From: Trichinella spiralis
Lineage: Eukaryota
Assembly (NCBI RefSeq): GCF_000181795.1
Contig: NW_003526943.1
Span: forward strand, 10,090,849-10,154,848
Direction of reading: 5' to 3'
Length of the DNA: 64,000 nt
Shown here: positions 1 through 15,060 of the stretch, in pieces
Layout of the letters: each line of letters begins with the position of its first letter
Position numbering within the stretch: the stretch's first letter is position 1
The notes under the pieces: model-generated
The model's database searches: none
What the model was told of the DNA's origin: nothing
What the model saw: only the letters and a program-made list of their open reading frames with translations
Made by a program: the position numbers and the translations under genes

Positions 1-326
1 GTCTCGTTCACAGGTTGGTCGAATTGTCCCGTTCTCACCAGGACAAAGTAGGAATGTTGGAAAATCGTCATGCGAAAGATTTGCAACAGATAACCGCGTT
101 GGAAAAGCGGATCCATCAGTTGGAAAAAGAGTTGGACCGTGAACGGAGCAAACGAGAAATGTCGATCATGCGATCCATGGAAAGTCTATTTGAAATGCCC
201 AATCGCATGACGACGGCCAATTCCACCAACGCCATCTTTCGCACTTCGTCACCACTCAACGCTGCCGTACCATTTGAAATTGCCGACGTCGAACCGGATC
301 ATGCACCAACACCGAGTAAAAAATGA
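1..326 (+). CDS. 3' end of a gene encoding a coiled-coil protein (runs in from before the window)
   Basis: Open frame from the window edge to TGA at 324-326, with heptad-like ITALEKRIHQLEKELDRER; followed by an AT-rich 3' region containing AATAAA. Family not recognised. Confidence 0.6.
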   Translation, partial: LVHRLVELSRSHQDKVGMLENRHAKDLQQITALEKRIHQLEKELDRERSKREMSIMRSMESLFEMPNRMTTANSTNAIFRTSSPLNAAVPFEIADVEPDHAPTPSKK

Positions 327-591
327 AAAAATACCCATTTATGTTGTATATGTATAGTGTTATATTTGTTGAAGTATAGTTTTATTTTTCACATTTTATG
401 CAAATTCTGTTTATAAATTAATTGATGATATTTTAAAAATAAATAAATAAATATATATATTGTGCAGAAAGTGTTTGCATGTTTTGTGAATTAATTCAGA
501 CGATAGATGATACTGCACTAGCTAATTCAACACATATATTGTGTAGTGTTTATAAAATGAAGTCGATTATGGAAAATTGAATGAATTTTCT

Positions 592-2959
<2,368 letters not shown>

Positions 2960-5900
2960 CGGGAACAGAAACAGCTACAAATTTGTCATATGCAAATAAA
3001 CGAATACCTTAGTTTTTAAATATAAGCAATTAAGATGGTTTAAATTTCAAATACGATGTTCACATAAATTAATAATAAATTCAATTTAATAAATAATTCC
3101 ATTCACTTTTTTAAATTTAAATACTGCTGCAATCACATCCTTAAAATGCTTTGAATATTACCAATTGACAGACACCTACAGTATATTTCTGTATAATCAA
3201 GAATAAATCCAACGCAATATATTGTAATACAAGTATAATTGTAATGAATACATACTTTTAGAAGAAGAAAATATTTATCAGTATCAATAAATTTAATTTT
3301 AATATCAAATCAGTGAATTTAAAAAGCATTCATTAATCTGAAAAAAATGTTAACGCATTCTGCTAAAAATTTCAAATGTATTGACATTTAAGTAAAGATT
3401 TTGAAAGATACTGATTTGATAAAGATTTGGAAAATCATTATTGTATTTTTCAAAAGGTATCGTCAGAATAAAATGTCTTTTTGCGTACTAACAGCAAAAC
3501 TTACTGAATGGTCAAGATCATTTGTATTTATACAATTTGAACTTTGAACAAATCTTTTACAAAGTAGTTGTTTTTTTTCTAATGAGATGAATTTATCTAG
3601 TCGAACTGATACTCTGGAATTGAAGAGTATCCTTAAAAATATTAAAGTTCCAATCTGCTAAATTTACTGTTATGGTGGATGATTTTAAATCTGAACAGAA
3701 AAAAAGGAACACTGAAAAGTAGATGATGAAAAATAATAAAAAACGTGAACGACGAATGAAATGAATTAAAAAGTACAGCAGATTGTTTTGAAAAATCTTG
3801 AAAGAAAAAGTAAAATTCAGTTACAAGTTGATTTTTAAAGTAAATTTATAATTCCATTTTAAAGTAATTTTGCGTACGATGAGATAACTTTTTTGGCCAA
3901 TCTGCGTCATAACAATTTGCTATTCATTTGTAATGTTCGAGCATAAGTTTGTAAATTAATTTCAGTGCGCTATATTCAAAAAAAGTTACATTGTGAAAGT
4001 TAAGATAGATAAATTTGTAAATATCATACAGTCATTTTATGATTTAAGTGATTTAATTAAGCACTATAAAAGTTGAACTTTGAAATTTTTTGAATTATAA
4101 AATTACAATAAGAATTTTTTTTACAAAATAATTATTTGGCATATTTTAGAAATTGAAAGAAGATTTTGCTTGAAAATTTTTGAACAATTATTCTTGAATT
4201 TTTTTATAATCTTGTAAATTTGAAACAAAACTTTTTGCTGCATATTGAGTAGTGGACAAGATGAAGAACTGTTAGTGAAAGAATGTTATTTACGTTTATT
4301 GACAAGTTCACAATAATATTTATTTATAGTTTGATGAAGAATAAAACTATGAAACTGTGAACAACAAATAGAGCGTTTTATTATAACAAGTCAATTCAGC
4401 AAACCTTACAACATCAATACAGAAATTAGCTGCTTGTTTGATTTACTTTTTTAATAGTTGTTGCAGTAAACAAAGTTGCAGCATTTTAAAAATTAATTTT
4501 GTTTTTATTTTATTTTTTTTTAAATACAACGATCTAGATTTTCATTCAGTTCTGTTTTTTATAAACTACTCTTTTTCTGATAAACTACTTTAATAGCAGT
4601 CCACCATTAATAAATTAAATGTTACAAAAGCTGAAAATGCTTATTTTTAAATAAAACTGTGCCTGTTTTTTTTTCATCGTTTCGTGGTTATCAGTACCGG
4701 ATTATGTACAAATTTAGTGTCAGTTTTCTTGAATGAAGCAATAAAGTTTATCAAATGCCTGTGATCATAATATGTCCATTGGCAATGGAGTAATTAGTTA
4801 AATGAATGAATAATTCAATATAGTTTATTAATTTGAAAAAGGACAGAATTATTGCATTTGATGTCTAATTATATAATTATCGTATGTCAACATTGCAAAT
4901 TAAATTTTTTCATCAGTTCCTTTCAAGTTTATTGTTCTTATCATGATTCACTGTTTCCTGTCTTTCATCGGTATATTAATATTTGATTTTCATTTTTTAA
5001 TTTTAAATTGTAATGTTTTTTCAAATTCATAAATAATTTCTTCAACAAATAATAAATTAATGTTTTCTAACGTAACTTTTTTTCAAATTGGCGCATTCGA
5101 TAATTCATATTCCATGCAATTTTATTGTCAAAAAATAATTGTTAAAAAGCGACCATCAACTGGAATTATAATTTCTAATAATTACACGATAAGTTTATCA
5201 ATTTTACAGGCAAGTTTTGCAATTGCTTTCGTCATGTAAACTTTTCTCATTTCATAATAAATGCTAATTTAATTATTTAATGTTTGTATTTTTGAATGCA
5301 AATTAAAACAAGTGCACAAATAGCGTGTAATTGAATAAACATTCAACTTCAGTTCATTTAAAAATAACATGTGAAAACTTGATAAACTTCATTAATTAAA
5401 CATCTACTATAATGAGGCTTCTTCTTCAAACGTTTTTTTTAAAATTTACTCATATATTAAAATAATAACGTTGGAAAGTTTGAAACTGTAAAATCTCACA
5501 TTATCAACGTATAAGCTGGTCATATCAGTAAAAGAAATTATTTATTTTATCATAAAAAGAGTTCACTTTACGCAATAAATTTAAAGTAGTTTAATGTTTG
5601 CAACTTGAAAGTGTGCCAAATTTAGAATGCCATAATAAATGTGTTCAACACTGAAACTGGCATTTCAGTAAATAAACATTCAAGTACTTTTCATTTGTGT
5701 TCACGTTGTTGACGTTTAAAGTGTAAATAATGAAAGCATCATTATGGATGGACAATAAAATTTAAAAAAGATATAAAAGCCAAATGACAAAATAAAATAC
5801 TGCCATATTTCCCTACATTATTGTTATTGTATTCTTTTAAAATAAAGTACAAGTTTTAAAAATTAATGAAAACTGTATATTTCCAAATTAAGTAAGTAAT

Positions 5901-7059
5901 TTAAATTTTTAAATATCATTTTCGTGAACGTAATACATTGTTTCGTAATTTTTTAAATTTTATGGACAGCACGTTGTATTCATTGGACAATGAAGTTGAC
6001 TTTAAAACTACAATAAATTTATTCATGTCAAGTGGTACCCCTTGTTGAACTGTTCTCCTTATTTTATTGCTTCAAAACATTTATCATAAATAAATGAATA
6101 TATATATATGCATTCACTTATGTAATTTGAATTATGAAATATAAAATTTTATTCTTTTCGAGATGAAATGATGCATAAAATAGGAAAATAATTGGAGATT
6201 TGTGATTGTTTGCAGCTAACGTATATAATAAAAGAAAAGAATAAGTCAATTTGCATTTTGCAACAGGTTTATCTTTGCTCAACCGCGTCCTTGACGTTAT
6301 TAATTCAGAAAATGAGTTTTTCATTGAAGACAACTTGCAAAACTGACAAGCCTACTAAACGCTTTCAATTTTATGAAAAACAAACTTTGATATGCTCTGA
6401 TTATACTGTTTCGATTGCATTCCTTCGATTGCTAAAGCTAACTCTTGTTATTATTATTATCATTATATTCTTTTTTGCAATGTATAGAAAAGTTTATTTT
6501 TTTTTAATCTAATAAATTTGATAATTAAATTTTATATATTTCCATAAAATTGTTTTCCACATAATCTACATGGAAAAGAAATTTATTCATCATGTATTCC
6601 ATATTATGTAATGCTGTGTCGAATATAAATTTTAAAATAATGCATACAAAATAATTAGTAAATTATTTTATTATAATTAAAAGTCATACAGCCGGTAGTG
6701 TCAGTTTTACTTAATAACGGATACACTACAAGCGTATAAATGTGTATATATATGTATATATATATATATATCAAAAGGTAGTTTTGAAGGATATATTATT
6801 ATTAACATACGCAGTTGAAGTAAAAAATTGCGTACGTATACAAGAAATAATAGATGGAACCTATTGAAAACCATATGAAAAAGAAATAAAAAAAGAAAAA
6901 TGATTACTACATGAAAAAAGTGGCACTATAAGAAAAGTGGCAGTTTTTGCAGAACGGGCATAAAAATAGAAAATGACATAGCCTGGTCGACGTTGACAAC
7001 AAAAGTCAGCAGTGGATAATTTGCATGGCATTGTTAGCAGTTTCGAGACCACGAAACGA

Positions 7060-9108
7060 CTAGCAGACTGTTTCAGTAGCGTCCTGGGGCGCTCCTGTCA
7101 TTCTGTATACACCGACGTCATCCAAACCGACGGCTCCCTGATTAGCACCGTTGTTGATGGCAGTGAATGTAATCTGGAATTTTTTTTTTCAAATTATCAT
7201 ACACTTCTTTTATAAGTGAAGATTTTTTTTGTTTTGAAAAAAATATTTAAATTACTTGATTTGGTCCAGCAGGACAGACAACGTAGCCAACTTTCCATAC
7301 CCGATCGCCAACTTCAACGTCGATGGGCGTTTTGAAGCCGCAAATATCAGAATTTGGTCCGCAGCAAACAACCAACTGTATGCCTTGAGTTGCTTTGTAA
7401 TATTGGAATTTGATGACGCGTTCATCGGCCAAATTACCAGTAGAACGCAAAACTGACCTCTGATTTGGTAACAAATATGTAGCGACGTAATAGCTGCCAG
7501 ATGCTAAAGATAAATCGAAATTTGAAATATGTAATATGAAATTTCAAAATGGGTGAGGTGAGAACAAATGGCTTTGTAAAATTTGCGTAACAAAAAAGAA
7601 AAAGTCAGACCCCTCAGGTGGACAAAATTGACAGAAAATATTTCCCAAGTCAGTGGGTTAATTTAAATTTCAATGTGCCGAAAGTGCTGATTTTTCAGCT
7701 TTCTTGGGCGTGGTTGCTGAAACTTACGCGCATTGTTCAAGCCTGTCAGTGGATTTCGGAAACGACCCTGCACGATTTCCCAGGATGTGGTGGCCAAGCC
7801 GCTGTTTGCCAAATCCTGATAAGCGCACATACGACCTAAATGTAGTTTTTTTGGTGTAAATTTGAGAAAAATTGACAATTTTTGAATACCTTCAAAACCG
7901 CACACAAAAGCTTCACATTCACCACCGGCTGGAGCAGGAACTGGCTCAGCTGGAGTTTCAACTACACCAGGTTCTTCAGTAGCTGAAATATGCGACATTT
8001 CAAACAATATTAGCATAAATTGAAGAATATGAATAATTTACGTGTGCATGGTACAAAGTCAACTCGAACATCGTCAACTGCGGCAGCGCCCAAATTGCTA
8101 ACAAAATTGTAAGCGACAATAACGACCTGTCAATTTGAAAAAAAATGTTAATATTAATTGATTTATTTTTTGCCAAAAATAAGTAATATAACATAATATA
8201 TTTACGTCAAAGAATTCTCCTGGTGAGAGTTCGACAGTAGTAGGACCGGGAGAACTGGTACGGGGCAGCTCTTGGCAATTTAACAAAGGTGCGTTTTCGG
8301 GGTTGTCAAAGAATGCTTCTCGTGTGCAAACTTGCAGTTTCACACCGTCCGTAGTCCAGTGTCTTAAATATGAAAATTAAAATTTTTTTTTTGACAACAG
8401 AAATTTTTTACCTGAGAGATACGCGCACGGGTTCTTCTGTGCAAGCAATGGAGCAAGAATGAAATTGAGCTTCGTCACTGGAATCAGTTGCACCGCTAGC
8501 AATGGCCAAAAATCGACCGCCTATCAAATTAATTTTTAAATAATTGCTTTCCAATTTTAATACGTACTGGGAATGTTGGGTGTGCCGAATGCCCTGTTGA
8601 ATACTTCTGGATCTGGTGTCCCTTCTAGAGTACTCCATTCGAGCTTATCAAGCGGGGGTTTGTTATTTTGCCAGCAGCAGGATGTTTCAAAATCACAGCT
8701 CATTTGTTCTGGACCAGTTACTGGACCACCGTTGGCTGAATCGAAAGCTTAAAAAAATTATTTTTTTTTAATAATCATTTTTTTTTCGTAAAAATTCAAA
8801 CGAAATTAACTTACTGGAGCTGTCGTAAGGCATAGCACGTACATTTGGTCCAAATAATTCTTAAAATGCAAAAGTATCATCATTACCGTTACAATTAGAA
8901 TTGCAAAAAAATTGCATACCTGCCATTGGGCTGTATTGAGTGACAATAGTTTCCTCTTCGCAACCGCCGCATCCTCGTCGACGACCGTGGCAAGCAAATG
9001 CTTAATATAGAATAAATTAATCATACTGATTAGCAAATGTACATACAAATAAATAATACCTTCATAAAAGAATATCGAAATTAAGGAGAGCAATAAGGTG
9101 CGGCGCAT
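7060..9108 (-). CDS. Secreted protein with two MAM-like domains, multi-exon
   Basis: Signal-peptide-like MRRTLLLSLISIFF. Domain 1 runs SCDFETSCCW...AAAVDDVRV, then a Pro/Glu linker (TEEPGVVETPAEPVPAP), then domain 2 CGFEG.MC.Y...GAVGLDDVGV. Stop TAG at 7062-7060. Confidence 0.78.
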
Positions 9109-12100
9109 GTTCGTCCGTTAGAAGAAGCTGAAGCTGCAGAAAAGAGACAATTGAAATAATATAAAGTGTAAATGCATACGTGTGCACTTGTATGTGCTTA
9201 TATGCATGTGTATGTGTGTATGCGATGGATGTATATGTGTATGCGTATGTATATTTATTTGTATGATGTAGATATCAGTGTGTTAGATATTTTAAATATG
9301 AATTACCAAAAAAATGAAGAAGAGGAATAAAATGAGAGAATAGAATAGAAGAATAGAAGAAGAGTAGCTGGGGGAGAGAAATTAAATGGAAATTTCAATA
9401 GTTGCACAAAAGAGTAAAGATATATTATAACGGACTGGAGCGCGGCAATAGTGTAAAGAAGAAATAATTGTCAGGAATGAATCTGCGCCGTAATAAATGG
9501 TCCCTTTTCGGGAAGTCTTCTCCAATGCTGTTTAAGTCGGTCGTCCGGTCGTCCCCTTTATTGTTGAAGACCTAATGAACCGGATTCAGAGCAAATTCTT
9601 TGTTTACCATTTGATCCAATAGAATTTAAGCCGAAGCTTGGGGGCCGACAAGATGTTCATGTTAACCCCATTTAGTTGGGAAAAGTTGGTCGCAAGACGA
9701 CCGACTTCTGCATCTTTCCAGACCAAGGAGCCCTGCTTGACGAAGCCGAGGCCAGAGTAGACAAGTTACAAGCCACCCAAGCAACCCCTGCATCAATGGC
9801 TAGAAGCGGGACACGTTGTCGCCGTTGGCCAAGCAGGTCTCGGCCAGCTTCAACATTCACCAAAGTCCAATCATCCATCTCAGCTTCACTGCTGAAATAT
9901 TGCATAATCGAATAGCATAATGTATTCATTTACATATCGATTTCAATATTGCTCTTCACTTCCATAAACAAAAAATATTCTTGTTCTTTCATTTTTTAAA
10001 TATTTATTTATAACATTTTTTTATTCATAAAAAATTTATCCATCATCAGTATATTTGTACAAATTTGAAGAAAACCAAAGAAATAACTTTTGAAAGTTAA
10101 ATATTATTTTCGGATAATTTCAATAATTTTAAATTATCCTCTGTTTCTCAGAAAAATCCATTATGCTTGTATATTATGCAAAACCGCAAAGTGAGTCATC
10201 ATTAAAATTAAAAATTGCAGTATTTCAAATTAAACATGTTCACTTTTTAAAGCATGTCTAGCTTGAGTAATTTTATTATTGCAAATAAATCAACATTATG
10301 CATATTGTATAAGAAAAAGTTTGTTGCAAAATATTGTTTTTCATCTACTTGGATATGAATTTTTAATAGAAATTTAATTAAATTCTGTTTTCATTCGTAT
10401 AAAAATACAAAAATAAAATTATTTAATTTTTTTATTTATAATTATAATAGTAGCATGTAAAAAGCTGCATGTGATTGATTTATATATAGTATCGTTAAAA
10501 TAATAATTACATATTTGTACATTACATGTCCATGTGTATGCAATTTGTTGCGTAAATTTTTATTAATACTATGCTGCATGTTTTAAATTCAAAAAAGAAC
10601 TTTCTTATCAATTTTCAACTAATATTGCAAGCAATTATTGCGCACCAAACATAGCCTGGCATTGTGTAAATTTTAGCTTATTTTATCTGAAATAAAAAAG
10701 CTAATAATTAAAATGCTTTTACAGATTAGTCTAAAATTTCATTTGACTACTTTTTGAATATTTTGTTTGCATTGATTCAATAAGCAAAATGAAAAATAAA
10801 AATTCCTATTTAATAAAGCAATGATTAAAGCCTGAAAAAATGCCTTCATTAAAATGATGAATGCAGTAATTGATGAGCAATTTCAAAATTTATACCAAAT
10901 ATTACTTCATATAAATGAAAAAAAATATGAATAAAATTTATTTTTATTTGAAATTCATTTATTTGAAATGTTAAATTAATTAATAAAAATAACCCCATCA
11001 AGAGACTGACTTTGCTATGAAGCTGTTTTCATTTCTCTGCTGTCATTGTGAACTACTGGGCCCATTTCGAAATCTGACCTCCAGTTTGGAGTCAGGTAGA
11101 ATAATTGGAACAACTGAAAGCCTAGCATGATCACAAAAAGTTGTAAAAACTTTTCTTGACCTGAAATTAATTTTTTTCTTTTGACAAATTTAAAATTTTT
11201 ATTTTAAAATCATCTTTAGCTTGTAATGGCAAATAATATTTATCAATATGGGATATTGTTTAAATTTCAAATTTGCATAAATGATTCTAATATTTGCCAC
11301 CTAGTACTTTAACAGATGAAAGTTATCACACCCACGTGACAATTACGTAAGACTATAATTTACCACTATTAAATGAAATTGTTTTATATAAGGCACAATT
11401 AAACATAAACTCTCTGAAATAAAATATTATTTTATTATGTTGTTATTAATGTTTGGATAATCATTTTGAATTAATATTTTCAGCGTGATTTTGAATGATG
11501 ATTGCATAATCAAATATTTTATGAGATTCTAAAACAACCTTATACTTGAAGGCATAATTAAAGTAAATCTGTAAATGCATATCAATTGTTTTCAACGTTA
11601 ATAGATATTTATTTTTATTTATGAACAGTAATGTAAGTTTGGATCTCAGGATATTGATGCCTATCTAACTGTTACAAATTTGAAAAGTTTTCATAGATAG
11701 AATCACTTAATCACTGTGATTAATAAATTAAAGATATGATATTCAACGTATTACATTAAAATTATCATTATTTACTTTAATATATTCAAATGTATTACAA
11801 AAAATGGCAAGTGATACTTTTATTTGCATTTACTAAAGTAATTTAAAGTTTTTTGCATTCAATTTGAATTTGATTTTTTCAGTGCAATTTTAAAATGATC
11901 TATTGTCAATATATTCACCAATCGCATGGTACATTTTTATTCGCTGATGCTTTTATACTGCTTCATTGGTCATACGAATGTTTTTTGCTTTTCATAGCGT
12001 CTATAAGTGTTCCACTTGTAGTGTTTAAAATAACGTTTGCTTTTTTTTGTTGCCAAATAAAATGCGTCTTTTTCCTTTTATACATTTCCTTTGGCTGACC

Positions 12101-15060
12101 GATATATTTGAATAATTTTCAAATTAAATTTTATAACTTCACATTGCTTGTTTGTTCACGAATGACAAAAATATTTATGCAAATAATACTTGCAAATAAA
12201 ATATAATTTTAAATATATTGATCTTTCAATTTCAAAATTTTTCACTTCATCAGGACACTACTCATGATACTTTATCGTCTGCATAAAACTTGTACTTTAC
12301 GGTTTTTAGCTTATTCAAGTGAATAATTTACATTTGATATGTTATATAATTTAAATATATCAAAACAGCCCTTTCCTTTTGCAGATGCAAAAAATTCTGC
12401 ACCGCCTTTAAATTGTATATCTGGTTGGGAATTGCTTTTTTCTAATTTTTTTCCATCTGTACAAGTAACACACAACGTGCCATATATTTTTCAAATGCTA
12501 AGACATTTGTGAATTAGAGGTTCTATTTAAAAAAGTCTGCAACGCAATTGAGCAAACTTTTGTATCATCGTATTATTTTTTAGTATAGATTAAATTATAT
12601 TTTAATTTAATAAATCTGTCATATTAAATTTTTTTATTTTAAATCAAGATGAAGTATTAGTAAATATATTCTCTATTGCTTATAGAATTAAAATGCAAAT
12701 GCAGTGCACATTATTGAATATACTATTTTATTTAGCAGTTACAAATTTATGACTTGTTTACTTTTTATGATAATCTTTCAGTCTTGCAGCTACAACAAAA
12801 TTCATCATTTTTTTATTAATTCTCATCAAATATTCAGAAATAAACTTATTTAAAATATGTATGTGTATGAAGCATAATATATAAATGTCAGAATCTGTTG
12901 ACTCAGGACGCATTGCAACATCGTCTTTTATCATATTTTGTAAATATATCCAATTTATAACCTTCAGAAACTGAACTTTGACAATGCAGACAGTAGAATG
13001 AATAGATGCAATTGTGTGCAATTTATAAAAATACAAGCTTCAAATGTAACGTCTCTTCTTTTAAAGATCTTAAATTAACGACGTTAATAATTGGTGATTA
13101 TGAACATCATACATAACATTTAAAATGTGCGGTAGTATGAATGAACAGGATAATAATTATTGCAAGTATTCAACAATCATTCGATAATTGAATATTTTAC
13201 TTTTCAGTTCCCTTTGAAATGTTGATAAAATATAATGCAAAGAAACGTTTCGCATTATATCCTACAATAAACTTTAAAAAATAGCCTAATTTTTCCATAA
13301 TTTCCGCAACATTTAAAAAACCATTTTTATTGTCCTTGCTTTTATAAATGTTCATAAATGATTATTAAATAATGAAAATAATAAATTTATGAAAATTATT
13401 TTAAAAATTTTGAAATCCTTAAGTGCACAGTAAGTTTATACAAGAAGATGCAATTGCAAAAAAATTTACGGAATGCGTGCACTGATGGAGAGTACTGTGT
13501 CTAAAAATTTTGAAGGAATGCCTTTTAAGAATTGTTTTTAAAGGTCCCTATGCTACTATGTATATTGTTTGTTTACATGAAAGATATTATTTTAAATTGT
13601 AAAAAACCAAATTTAATTAAGATATTAGTTTTGAAATAATTTCAACGTTCTACCTGTCAAAATAATATATCAATTGCATGTCATCACATGAAAATTTTTA
13701 ATTCAGTAAACGTGCATGGCCTAAGTGTTCCACTTTACATAAAGAACTGCAAATAGCGAGGTTCGATTGTATAAATAAAATAAATTTTTTTCTTTAAAAA
13801 TGCTTGAACATATTAAATTTTTGGTTTTCAATTTAACCGTTCACAAAGGCTGCATCATCGAAGTATACTTTCGTATTTTTCATTTTTCGTATTTCGAATT
13901 CGATATGTGAAAATATTCGATGAAACAATAAAATATAAAGATTCGAACTTTATTTGGCAAACATCCTGTTGTAAAAAATGTACAATAATTTTTTTTCTCT
14001 GTTTGGCAATTGCAGACCAATAAAAAATTCTTCGCCAATGATTTCACCATTTGAAATCCAAGTTTAATGATTGCCATGAGCAAATTTTGACGCATGCATG
14101 CAAAACGCACAAGCAATACGTACAAGATTCAAAGGGACAATTTTTTGTTTCCAAAAATAGCTGAACTAATCAAATGGGCTGGGTCGATTTGGGAAATTAA
14201 TTTCGTCAGGTCGATGCAGAATATGTCACACAGACGGATGGAATGTTACGCTCTGGTCGCCAATTGCGTACTTGCTCTGTGATGTGATCTTATTTGACGA
14301 ATGGATTCTCAATTGCAAACCTCGTCTACAATAGCCTAAATAATTGCTGCTTGCCAGTGTGACCAAATTTTTATTTAAATGATGATGGGCAGGTCATTTT
14401 AGCTATTACGGTCAACTTTCAAAATTTGAACCTCTAACAACAACTGGCATGACCGCAATTTTACAGTAATTAAAAAGGTTACATTATTTATTGAAAAAAT
14501 AAATCGAAACAGTTTTTTCACATTTTTCTTTAAATAAGCGTCGAAGACGCGTTTCATAAAATTCAAAATTTAAGTACTTTATAAATTCATACTTCTTTAT
14601 TCAATTAAAATAATAATTCAAAGCAATGCGTCATAATTATAAATCCAAAATATTTTGTTTAACAATAAATTTCAGTTGTCTCTCTTTGCATTGCACAAGT
14701 GGACATTTTTCATTTATTTATTTCTTGTGCTACCTTCATATTTTAGGCATCATTTAAAGACTATTTTTATCATTTACTAATATCATTTAAAATCCACAAT
14801 CAATAATAAAGTAATTTTATTCAAATTCATTCTATCATAACTATTAAAATAATCAAGTACAAATAAACGTTGAAATTTGTATCGTGTTTTATTTAAACAA
14901 ATATTAATTATAATTTTGTGCTTTAAGAACACTTGCAACATTAGAACTTGTTAAGGCAGTAAATTTTAAAAGGACGGTGATAAATATAAGAGTTGGTGAT
15001 GATTTTCAGGCCACAAAAATATCTCGCTTGCATTATCCTTTCATTTTCAGCTTTATCATG

